NCBI GenBank assembly: GCA_048882505.1
Contig: JBHLRO010000016.1
Coordinates: 62,554-94,553 of the forward strand
DNA from: Candidatus Thorarchaeota archaeon
Lineage (GTDB): Archaea > Asgardarchaeota > Heimdallarchaeia > Hodarchaeales > Hodarchaeaceae
Reading direction: 5' to 3'
Length of the DNA stretch: 32,000 bases
This document shows positions 17,601-27,180 of this stretch, piece after piece. A program made the position numbers and the translations under genes. Below the pieces are notes generated by a model that was not told the DNA's origin, ran no database searches, and was given only the letters and a program-made list of their open reading frames with translations. Each line of letters begins with the position of its first letter. Positions within the stretch are counted from its first letter, which is position 1.

Positions 17601-18183
17601 TTCGATAATCAAAGGAGATAAAAGTTGGAAAATTAGATGGCGGTGGAACTGTAGACATGTTGAATTTCACATTCTGGAGCCCTGCACTACTCTGATTATT
17701 AACCGTGAAATTTGCACGAAATGCCGTACCATTAAGGGTAGGAATCGTCGAGGTGACAACAGGACCATACCCGTTTACCCAATCCTGACTTTGATCCTCA
17801 GCATTAGAAATAATTTTATATGTAGAATTACTGATCTCCGATTCAATAGAAACAGTGGTATTTGGAGGTGATTTAATCTGCCTTGTTTGGTTGGTATGCA
17901 AAGGGAACTGTGAAACCTGAAACATATCAAAAAGGATCGGATCAGCGTTACTCGCGCTTTGATTGCTGACTTGAAATACTGATGACGAAGAAGAAAGAGG
18001 GGAACTTTCGGAAGTGCGTGGCTTTTCTAGAAGAGGTATTGAGAGCTTCTCAAAATCATTACCATCTACACCCGTTTCTATGTCCATGTTAATAAAAATC
18101 GGGATAATTGAAAAAACAACTAATAATATAAGAGCGGTATTCCTTATGGAGTGAAAATGTGAGGTAAATGCCCAGATGCCCAT
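14608..18183 (-). CDS. Large cell-surface glycoprotein / adhesin-like protein (1191 aa)
   Basis: N-terminal signal/TM (ALILLVVFSIIPIFI), C-terminal TM with basic tail (TIITILILGGLFLMNFIKRRR), many N-x-S/T sequons, beta-rich composition. Confidence 0.8.
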   Translation of the reverse strand: MGIWAFTSHFHSIRNTALILLVVFSIIPIFINMDIETGVDGNDFEKLSIPLLEKPRTSESSPLSSSSSVFQVSNQSASNADPILFDMFQVSQFPLHTNQTRQIKSPPNTTVSIESEISNSTYKIISNAEDQSQDWVNGYGPVVTSTIPTLNGTAFRANFTVNNQSSAGLQNVKFNMSTVPPPSNFPTFISFDYRMPFVGQNLQDSPPTLSLEFEFVNSTSITFYLSKGGNLPGDPINETISRPIGTDPSLILRNASSSLYILYNGSLPSSWRHISINISWMINTCFSKSKHPLFSELKAVKLSLFLFTLVSPQFTLDIDNLEYYTENLPLNGSLSYFIDTTEVFSTNGSVAISPLSGNFTFSVQDNSPWNKSLETYLNVTITRVQTRPAFSSGLYWNSTHVKIFLRMCMPDISENLIKNKILIFLPTDWTDPRILNASTQLYSINVTKSLNMYLTGKQYRVEGKYLDPTVLEAFAPNYLVKIIAPTDLNTDDILRVKGDLIFPLAGALYLYLLNNTFVYNRSTLPMINGSFSFPDVPITEVFPIGLLRLEVNWTSNWEFGFYKQDIIIHESNEFAMIVLHTQQNVTIYQYEPLFINLSLFLGSVKYTANSSLVLLTKGNTNLLFSQTPRKDFVLNITNIMWAPGNISVFILASDTSNFFAKKQINLEILSSSIVWSFENLNTGIYINDSVVFRLYSYLQPPEGGTLQILQGLTVKIWINNSVECERQTNSAGYADIDFKANLGITEDRLYVGIGGFLEESLVKFQTIIFTILNGTLSTNGTRADIYELSRSPVGSNGSFFVYYAIEYPTNDSSWYTPLPSYGLKMKTAFILRDYYIVGVNSRSGVLSWNLDGNVSSTDILVIELPSPTAYISLVEFSEKFRVEISLDSVITVNNFTISLDLSFLGFIPLNLSLLDTLGRDITSTTSINIKGTQISISRLNIIGGLPINYYMEGYLADLNVNVLESFQGNYFYNETIKGSWLFHSPLDFSYSVIYSLGHYSLNCFNTSYKTFSNGSTLVEAHLPPQNWNSTVSIRLEVEYSSTFIVRSREQSFTITDPYMPVLKYSIEASDEFIRINTFVFEPERASGIRNVSVMDNGRRMVSNNLTTNYHVFSIPVTSFLSKNVSLKAMDWAGNINTVNITNTLMELLVYNPSSLLTDLEYLTPTIITILILGGLFLMNFIKRRRMSILQT

Positions 18184-18241
18184 CTTGGTATCCCATTTCG
18201 ACGGTTGATTCCTTCGCTGGCCTCTAAGTTTGTATCAAAGT

Positions 18242-18257
18242 GGTGTTAAATAACACC
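18242..18257. promoter_or_regulatory. Intergenic inverted repeat, candidate operator
   Basis: GGTGTTA-AA-TAACACC, ~60 nt upstream of the 1191-aa gene start. Confidence 0.25.
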
Positions 18258-18319
18258 CCAAAACAAAGACCTTGAAGATGTATATGGATACCCAGGATCG
18301 TCCGGATTCGTGTTAATTT

Positions 18320-19852
18320 CTACACTAGTAGGTAATTACTGAGAAAAAATGTTCGGACAAGAAAGAAGATAACAAGAAAAAGGAAAACATGAAAACAAGC
18401 GATGATTCTGCCCATTGAAATTCGAATCTTTGTATGTGAGGTATTTAGAAAAGATCTTCGGCCGGGGAGAACACTCATGACTAATGCAATGGTAAGAAAA
18501 AGAATGTCAAAACTAGGATCAAGAGTTGGATTACTTAAATCCATGAAAGAATAGCTTAATGATGTTGAAACATAAAGAAAGAATGGACTGGCCCCCCCGA
18601 TAATTGCAAGCGATATAATTGACAGTAATTGGATGATCCCGTTTTGAAGGTCAGCTGCTTTCCGTTTGGCTTCTCCTCTATTCAATATTTGACTTGTCCT
18701 GTTTAATTCCTCTGTTATAATCAATAATTTTTCTCCTGCTACATATGGATCAATCTTACTAAACTTTTGGGTCAGAGTAACAAGTTGAATCGCGCGTTCA
18801 GATAAGAATTCTCGTAGAAATCTGGACTTTTGATCACTCCCTTGGTTTCCTCTAAGTAGGAATTTATTGAAATTGTTTACCTCTTTATCTATCGATTTAG
18901 CGATATTCCCAGGTGGATAATAGCCACCCAGGTTTAATGCAGAATTAAGGCTTTTTTCAAAGCTATTCCCTTTCATCATATTTTCAGCAAGTATAAGGAG
19001 CATTTGTATGGATTCGGAATCATTGGATATGGCAATCCGATTTTTTTCAGAAAATAATATCAGATATCTGTTTGGACTAACAATAAATGAAACTAGAATT
19101 ATTCCAAAGATTATAAGTGCTCCCCAAAAAAAGTTCATCAATCCAGTGATTAGTAATAAACATAAGAGTACAGGTGGGCTCAATAATGCTAATCCTGAGG
19201 ATAAGGCCACCCAGGTATCGATTTTTTCTATTTCTTCTACCGCCTTTACCGTAATTTGGTTGAGAATGTGTTTTTTTGAAAAATCCGCCAAGTTCCTACC
19301 ACTTTCCCATATGGAAATTATGTTTGAAAATAAATGAAGAATATTACCGCGTAATCGTTTTGTTATCTCCTTTTTCAGATTTACTTCAAGATTATCGCCA
19401 AAATGACTCTGTAAAAGCGCCTCTTCAAATATCTGTGAAAATACTGAGTAATTACCATGAATAATAAACATGCTGGCCTCCTTCAAGGATTTTGATGTTT
19501 CTAAAATCATTAAAAGCTCATTGACTACAAAATAGCCCAAAGTTTCGATCATTGTACTGTGTTGTTTAAACTGGCTATATATAATGAAGTGTAGCAGGCG
19601 TAGGATGAAAACAGCAAGAGTAATTTCTAATAAAAGGAGTTCAATTGGCCGAGGATACAATATAAAGAACTGGAATGCAAGAATGACAGACAATGTGACA
19701 AAAAACAGTGTAATAATACCGTAAAAACTTGTTTTGTCCATTCTATATCTGGATCTAAAGTATTCCTCAAAGCTATAATCGTCAAAAAAGGTATAATCTC
19801 CAAGGATAACGTTACCAATCATTTCCAGTAGTTGAACTGATACCTTTACCAT
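18320..19852 (-). CDS. Multi-pass membrane protein, TadB/TadC-FlaJ (T2SS-F)-like platform
   Basis: TM pair, cytoplasmic helical domain (ELLMILETSKSLKEA), TM pair, second domain (ILAENMMKGNSFEKSL), TM trio. This is the duplicated T2SSF topology, and the gene is divergent from a VirB11/TadA ATPase. Confidence 0.6.
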   Translation of the reverse strand: MVKVSVQLLEMIGNVILGDYTFFDDYSFEEYFRSRYRMDKTSFYGIITLFFVTLSVILAFQFFILYPRPIELLLLEITLAVFILRLLHFIIYSQFKQHSTMIETLGYFVVNELLMILETSKSLKEASMFIIHGNYSVFSQIFEEALLQSHFGDNLEVNLKKEITKRLRGNILHLFSNIISIWESGRNLADFSKKHILNQITVKAVEEIEKIDTWVALSSGLALLSPPVLLCLLLITGLMNFFWGALIIFGIILVSFIVSPNRYLILFSEKNRIAISNDSESIQMLLILAENMMKGNSFEKSLNSALNLGGYYPPGNIAKSIDKEVNNFNKFLLRGNQGSDQKSRFLREFLSERAIQLVTLTQKFSKIDPYVAGEKLLIITEELNRTSQILNRGEAKRKAADLQNGIIQLLSIISLAIIGGASPFFLYVSTSLSYSFMDLSNPTLDPSFDILFLTIALVMSVLPGRRSFLNTSHTKIRISMGRIIACFHVFLFLVIFFLVRTFFLSNYLLV

Positions 19853-20186
19853 CTTCTCTCATTCCTCGGCAAATCTGGCTGAGACAAACAAATGGTAGGA
19901 AAGAACCCAATTTGGAAATTGCTGCTCTATACTTTTGCGTTGGAGTACCATCGGAAATATCGATACAGATACGGGTTCTAGTGATTTATATTGCCTAGTT
20001 AAACCGCAGTTCTCATTGGAAGTCCGAACCTAAACATGAAAGTGGCATTCATTTGATCAATTACCCTTATTTAATATAAAATCCCCAATTCTCTCTAGGG
20101 AGGTTTCCTGAGTTCTCAATTAGACGGGTGTAGTCAGAACTCAATTCTATATCATATCCTCTAAATCTAGGGTTTTTTTATTCTTT

Positions 20187-20525
20187 TTGCAGGAAATCTT
20201 GTTGGTTAGTGAATTGGCTTTCTTACAAACACAGAGAACCATAATTCAAGTAAAATGCATAGCTTGCGGAAAAAAGGAAACTATCGTGATAACTGAAGAA
20301 GAATTGGAATATGCAAAAAAGGAACATGCCCTTATTACAAAAGCCGTTGCCCACACTCAAGCTGGGCATGTTTTGACACTGTATATAGATGGTCAGGGGA
20401 TAGTAAGAAGGAAATATTGTTTCGATATTGCAGAAAGTAAGCGCAATCTTTTCACTAATTCGTTGTCAAAGGATTTGGACTCCATTTTCGAGCAGATGCT
20501 TAAAGATGCCATGAAAGCTCAATAG
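20187..20525 (+). CDS. Small putative Zn-binding protein (CxxC...H...H-x-L-x-L-Y-I-D...R)
   Basis: CIAC...AH...GHVLTLYIDGQGIVR resembles a domain I recall as recurrent in Asgard proteomes; directly upstream of the secretion ATPase. Confidence 0.6.
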   Translation: MQEILLVSELAFLQTQRTIIQVKCIACGKKETIVITEEELEYAKKEHALITKAVAHTQAGHVLTLYIDGQGIVRRKYCFDIAESKRNLFTNSLSKDLDSIFEQMLKDAMKAQ

Positions 20526-20567
20526 CGAAATAGTAGATATCCAAGAACGACCATTTAACCGAGATTA

Positions 20568-21938
20568 TTGGTGAAGTCATTGGTTCCATCGATTCACTTG
20601 GCCCCCCATAATATTATTACCCAAATGGAACTTTTAGAGTCCTACAAATTTCGAAGCTACGTGGTAGAAGTTAATCAGGAGAAATCGACGAAGACTCTTG
20701 AACCCCTGTACCAAGTAAAATATGATGAGACAACCTACAAGAGTTTGAAAGACTTCTATTTATATGAAAAACAAATTAAGATGGCCTTAGAAGAGTTTGT
20801 ATCGCAAAACAAAGAATTTTGCACATTTAATCAACTTTTCAAATACCTAAACGAAATTATCCCTAACAAGGTTTACATTCCGAGTGGATTAATGGTTCCG
20901 ATCTTTTTTCGGGTACTTGGGCTTGAAAAGATCGGACCCCTGTTAATGGATGAGAATATTGACGAAATCTATATCGATTCGAGTCATAAAGCTATTTATA
21001 TTGACCATAATCGACATGGGCGGTGTAACACCTTCATTAAGCTCTCCAAAAAGGAAATTGATACTTTTGTAAGCCGAATTGCCCTTGAAAACGATTTTTC
21101 ATTAAGCCAAAGTAATCCTACAATGAAAGCGGATTTTACATCGCCCTTATTTCATACGAGGGTTACCGTTGATATCCCCCCACTTATTATTGAAGATGTA
21201 CACATTGATATTAGGAAATTTCACGCAGAACAATTACGTTTACCAGATCTAGTAGAGATTGGGAGTATTACGGGCGCACAGGCCGATTTTTTGAGGTATC
21301 TAATCCAAAACCAAACTTCACTCTCAATAATTGGACCACCCAATTCTGGGAAGACCACGCTACAAAACGCCTTAATTGAATATATTCCATCCCATTTACG
21401 ACTTCTTTCAATAGAAGATGTCCTTGAGAGTACAAATTTAAGACACGGTAATGTTGTGCGATTTCGACTTGGGTACGACCCTCATGAGGGCCATTTAATC
21501 TCTAAGTCAATGGAAGTTCAAAAGATTTTACATAGAAGTCCTGATTTTATAAATCTAGGTGAATTATCCTTAAAAGATCATTTTACAGCCTTTCTTAATG
21601 TGTTGTCAGTCGGTATACCATCAATTCAAACTATTCATGGGAAAAATCCCAATTTTCTTCTCCAACGACTAAAAGACATCTATCAAGTTCCTCTCGAAAT
21701 CCTCCAAACCTCAATCCCCCATGTATTTATCGAACTCGACGTTTTTTGGAAAAGGAATAAGAAAAACCGAATGCTTGTTAAAATTGCTGAATTAAATGAA
21801 CAAGGAGGTATTTCATCGATTTCTAATGAAGATATCAATCACTTTCTTACAAATGATCGCGAGAGTTCAAATATTTTCACGATTAGATACCTCCTGAACC
21901 GTAATCGTGCTGAAAACTGGCATAAAACAAATACCTAA
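20568..21938 (+). CDS. Type II/IV secretion ATPase (VirB11/CpaF-TadA/FlaI family)
   Basis: LLMDENIDEIYI, Walker A GPPNSGKTT, Asp box SIEDVLE, Walker B SPDFINLGE, His box QTIHG. Confidence 0.88.
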   Translation: MVKSLVPSIHLAPHNIITQMELLESYKFRSYVVEVNQEKSTKTLEPLYQVKYDETTYKSLKDFYLYEKQIKMALEEFVSQNKEFCTFNQLFKYLNEIIPNKVYIPSGLMVPIFFRVLGLEKIGPLLMDENIDEIYIDSSHKAIYIDHNRHGRCNTFIKLSKKEIDTFVSRIALENDFSLSQSNPTMKADFTSPLFHTRVTVDIPPLIIEDVHIDIRKFHAEQLRLPDLVEIGSITGAQADFLRYLIQNQTSLSIIGPPNSGKTTLQNALIEYIPSHLRLLSIEDVLESTNLRHGNVVRFRLGYDPHEGHLISKSMEVQKILHRSPDFINLGELSLKDHFTAFLNVLSVGIPSIQTIHGKNPNFLLQRLKDIYQVPLEILQTSIPHVFIELDVFWKRNKKNRMLVKIAELNEQGGISSISNEDINHFLTNDRESSNIFTIRYLLNRNRAENWHKTNT

Positions 21939-22154
21939 ATCACGACTCGTTCTTTGACGTATAATGATTGAATATTCTTCAATTCGGGTTTTTATAAGGT
22001 AAGCAGCATTAGAGCTATTGAACCAAAACAATGGTTTCATGGGATAGACTTGCAGCTTCTTTCGTTCCTTTGTTCTATCCCAGGCAGTTCCTGGGGTGTT
22101 ACGTTTTTTTCGTCTTTTATATTTGAAACGGCTCCAGATTCAAATAACAACTTT

Positions 22155-22565
22155 ATGATTCCTCTTTTCTCCGATTTATTAAGCGTAGCTATAATTATAT
22201 TGAACATTTCACTGTTATACGGTGGTATAGTATATTTATTGGAATTTGACGGTCGAAATGGTAAAATAATGGTAATTAGGTCAGTTGTGGTGTTTCTATT
22301 GTTGATTTCTCTTTTTTCCCCCGCGTATGATCCTGTTACATTCAATTTCCGCTATTTGGACAACATTTTTCCCTTAATATCATACATACTTGCATATTTG
22401 CTGTTTATATTTGCAGCATCCGCATTAATTCTGTTCATTGGCAATTTAGGATTCTATCTTCTGTCCTCACACCCCAGAAAAGGCGAGGGCCTGAAACGAT
22501 GTGGATTTTGTTTACTTTGTGTGCTCTTGCCGCTAGGGTTTCAATTTCCGAAATTCCCTTTGTGA
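22155..22565 (+). CDS. 4-TM membrane protein made of two VirB2/CedA1-like helix-hairpin units (ORF open from 22050; ATG 22155 preferred)
   Basis: Units ...LYGGIVYLLEFDGRNGKIMVIRSVVVFLLL and ...GNLGFYLLSSHPRKGEGLKRCGFCLLCVLL. Confidence 0.6.
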   Translation: MIPLFSDLLSVAIIILNISLLYGGIVYLLEFDGRNGKIMVIRSVVVFLLLISLFSPAYDPVTFNFRYLDNIFPLISYILAYLLFIFAASALILFIGNLGFYLLSSHPRKGEGLKRCGFCLLCVLLPLGFQFPKFPL

Positions 22566-22578
22566 ATGATGTGATCTG

Positions 22579-22806
22579 ATGTTCGACACGGTTCTTTGGC
22601 AGTTTATAACGACCCTATATCATCTTATATTATCTGTTCCATTCGGTGCCTTCCTCATTGTGATTGGTGCAATCATTTATGTTCCAACTGGGCACCGCTT
22701 AGGAAGATATTTTATTATCGTTGGACTTTTAATTTTCACCATCCAAAGCGGTATCATCTCAAGCGATCCGCTATGGAAGGAAGGCATCGTCTTACGATTT
22801 TTTTGA
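22579..22806 (+). CDS. Small 2-TM pilin-like protein (VirB2/TrbC/CedA1-like topology)
   Basis: 75 aa; FLIVIGAIIYVPTGHRLGRYFIIVGLLIF; starts 13 nt after the previous gene. Confidence 0.55.
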   Translation: MFDTVLWQFITTLYHLILSVPFGAFLIVIGAIIYVPTGHRLGRYFIIVGLLIFTIQSGIISSDPLWKEGIVLRFF

Positions 22807-22928
22807 GTAAAACAGTGAAAAATACATAAAGAAATCGTAGGTTTGCATTATCTAAGTATTCTTCGTGATTCTTGTCGTTGCCTCGCCCTAAGTTTTCTTT
22901 ATAAGCTGGCAATCCCGTTAACCTAATT

Positions 22929-25646
22929 ATGTGGAAATTGGCACTGGGAGAAAACATAATGTGGACACCAGAACTTAAGAAAATAAGCCAAATACAATTT
23001 GGAATCCTTTCACCTGATGAAATTCGAAAGATGGCTGTCACCAAAATTATCACAGCCGACACATATAACGAGGATGGGACTCCCATTGAGGGAGGTCTCA
23101 TAGACCGCCGTTTGGGGACAATTGAACCAGGTCAACGCTGCAAAACTTGTGGAAACCAGGTGGGAGATTGTCCGGGGCATTTCGGGATGATTGAGCTGGC
23201 TAGACCAGTTGTTCACGTTGGATATGCCAAAGCCATCATCTATAAGTTGTTACGATCCACCTGTAGAGCCTGCTCTCGTATTCTTTTAGATACTCATGCA
23301 ATGAAGAAATACCAAAAACTACTCGATAAGGCTGCCGAAGAAGAAGATCTGAAATCGTCCCAAGAAATCTACAAGGAAGTAGTTAAGGAAGCGCGTAAGA
23401 AAGGAGAATGCCCTCATTGCGAGAATCCACTTTTTAAGATCAAATACGAAAAACCCACGAGTTTTTATGAAGAAACACCAGAGGGATCAGTTCGTATCAC
23501 CCCCTCTGAAATCCAAAAGCGGTTTGAAGGGATTCCTACCCAGGATCTGGTGCTCCTTGGAATTGACCCGAACTATTCGCGTCCTGAATGGATGATCCTA
23601 ACCGTTTTACCTGTTCCTCCTGTTTCTGTTCGGGCCTCTATTACGTTAGAATCAGGCGTACGAAGTGAAGATGATTTAACTCACAAACTCGTTGATATAA
23701 TCCGCATTAACCAAAGATTACGGGAAAATGTTGAAGCTGGAGCACCACAACTCATTGTGGAGGACTTATGGGAGTTATTACAATACCACGTTACTACTTT
23801 CATGGACAATGAGGTTGCAGGAATCCCTCCAGCACGACATCGTTCTGGACGGGCATTACGTACACTTACTCAACGATTACGAGGGAAAGAAGGACGGTTC
23901 CGAGGAAACCTCTCTGGAAAACGTGTTGATTTTTCAGCACGTACAGTGGTTTCCCCTGATCCTAATATCTCTATCAACGAAGTAGGTGTTCCTGAGCAAA
24001 TAGCAAAAATTCTAACTGTTCCTGAACGCGTCACAGAGTGGAATATAGAAGAAATGAAAGAACTGGTGATGAATGGGCCAAATCCAGACAAAGAAGATAA
24101 AACAGGCGTGTCGAAAACCGGTTCAAACTATATAATACGCCCCGATGGCAAGCGAATCGACCTTCGTTTTGTCGGTGATTTGAATAACACCGCAGAGATG
24201 ATTGATCAAGGTTTCATTGTAGAGCGTCATCTTAGGGATGGGGATATGGTTCTCTTCAATCGTCAACCATCGCTCCATCGTATGTCTATTATGGCCCACG
24301 AAGTTCGTGTGATGCCCTACAAGACCTTTAGATTACATTTATGTGTCTGTACTCCCTACAATGCGGATTTTGACGGTGACGAGATGAATCTGCACGTCCC
24401 CCAGAGCGAGGAAGCGCGGGCTGAAACCCGAGTTTTGATGCGCGTACAGGAACAGATTCTATCTCCTCGTTATGGTGGCCCTATTATTGGGGCATTGCAT
24501 GATTATGTATCTGCCGCGTTCTTGTTAACTCGAAAGAAAACATTAATCTCGAAAGAAGATGTTTGGCAATTGCTCCTCGCTGGAAACTACGAGGGGGAGC
24601 TCCCACCACCAGCAATCACTCATCCAACAGAATTGTGGACTGGCAAACAGGTTTTTAGCCTCTTGTTGCCACCTGACGTCAATGTAACCACCAAATCCCG
24701 TACATGCCGAAAAAACGATGTGTGCAAGGGGGAACTGTGTGAAAATGATAGTTACGTTTACATCCGTGGAGGACAGCTACTTTCTGGAGTTATAGACAGA
24801 CGTGCAATTGGCGCTGATGAATCTGAAAGTGTTCTACATGTTGTAGTCAAAGATCATGGCAGCGATAGGGCCAGAGATTTCTTGGATTCTTTAACTCAAA
24901 TGCTTTTAGAATTCCTCTCGCACGAAGGATTCAGCTTGGGATATTCAAATGTTAACATGCCCGAAGAGGGGAAAAAACGGATCAAGACCTTGATTGAAAA
25001 TAATGAAAAACGGGCAAGCGAAATGATAGAATCTTATAGAAGGGGAGAACTGGAACCGCTACCTGGAAAATCCCCAGAAGAGACCCTTGAAATGAGGATT
25101 ATGAGTGTGTTGGCAACAGCAAGAGATAGTGCAGGCAACGTTGCAAACGATTATATGGGCATTTCAAATTCAGCGGTCGTTATGGCGTCAACAGGTGCAA
25201 AGGGAACAACTCTCAACATTGCTCAGATGGCTGCGTGTGTTGGGCAACAATCTATTCGCGGAGAGCGAATTTTGCGCGGATATCGTCAGCGTTCTCTGCC
25301 ACATTTTCAAAAAAATGATATAGGTCCAGTTGCCAGAGGTTTTGTAAGATCTAATTATCGAATAGGATTATCACCAACTGAATTCTTTTTCCATGCTCAG
25401 GGTGGCCGGGAAGGTCTTGTAGATACTGCGGTACGCACCTCTACAAGTGGGTATCTTCAACGAAGGTTGGTAAATGCACTCCAAGATCTTCATGTGAATT
25501 ACGATATCATTGTTCGCACAACAGAGGGAGATGTGGTTCAATTACGCTATGGAGAGGATGGAGTTGACCCGATGAAGTCGTACCATGGCAGACCAGTCGA
25601 TATCGAAGCCATTATAGAGGAAGTCATTTCCTCAGAAGAGAATTAA
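22929..25646 (+). CDS. rpoA1: DNA-directed RNA polymerase subunit A' (Rpo1N); alternative start ATG 22959
   Basis: CKTC...CPGHFG Zn site, GKRVDFSARTV, catalytic YNADFDGDEMN, TSTSGYLQRRL, YGEDG. Confidence 0.97.
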   Translation: MWKLALGENIMWTPELKKISQIQFGILSPDEIRKMAVTKIITADTYNEDGTPIEGGLIDRRLGTIEPGQRCKTCGNQVGDCPGHFGMIELARPVVHVGYAKAIIYKLLRSTCRACSRILLDTHAMKKYQKLLDKAAEEEDLKSSQEIYKEVVKEARKKGECPHCENPLFKIKYEKPTSFYEETPEGSVRITPSEIQKRFEGIPTQDLVLLGIDPNYSRPEWMILTVLPVPPVSVRASITLESGVRSEDDLTHKLVDIIRINQRLRENVEAGAPQLIVEDLWELLQYHVTTFMDNEVAGIPPARHRSGRALRTLTQRLRGKEGRFRGNLSGKRVDFSARTVVSPDPNISINEVGVPEQIAKILTVPERVTEWNIEEMKELVMNGPNPDKEDKTGVSKTGSNYIIRPDGKRIDLRFVGDLNNTAEMIDQGFIVERHLRDGDMVLFNRQPSLHRMSIMAHEVRVMPYKTFRLHLCVCTPYNADFDGDEMNLHVPQSEEARAETRVLMRVQEQILSPRYGGPIIGALHDYVSAAFLLTRKKTLISKEDVWQLLLAGNYEGELPPPAITHPTELWTGKQVFSLLLPPDVNVTTKSRTCRKNDVCKGELCENDSYVYIRGGQLLSGVIDRRAIGADESESVLHVVVKDHGSDRARDFLDSLTQMLLEFLSHEGFSLGYSNVNMPEEGKKRIKTLIENNEKRASEMIESYRRGELEPLPGKSPEETLEMRIMSVLATARDSAGNVANDYMGISNSAVVMASTGAKGTTLNIAQMAACVGQQSIRGERILRGYRQRSLPHFQKNDIGPVARGFVRSNYRIGLSPTEFFFHAQGGREGLVDTAVRTSTSGYLQRRLVNALQDLHVNYDIIVRTTEGDVVQLRYGEDGVDPMKSYHGRPVDIEAIIEEVISSEEN

Positions 25647-27166
<1,520 letters not shown>

Positions 27167-27180
27167 GGGGAAGGCGTCGG

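Noticed and set aside
18320-22806. Archaellum or classical type IV pilus operon
   Set aside because: No archaellins, FlaH/FlaF/FlaG or class III signal peptides ([KR]G|xxxxE) seen in any small ORF.
12854-22928. Integrative/conjugative element inserted at tRNA-Ile
   Set aside because: No integrase, relaxase or replication gene; no duplicated tRNA 3' end (att) found before rpoA1; composition looks like the flanks.
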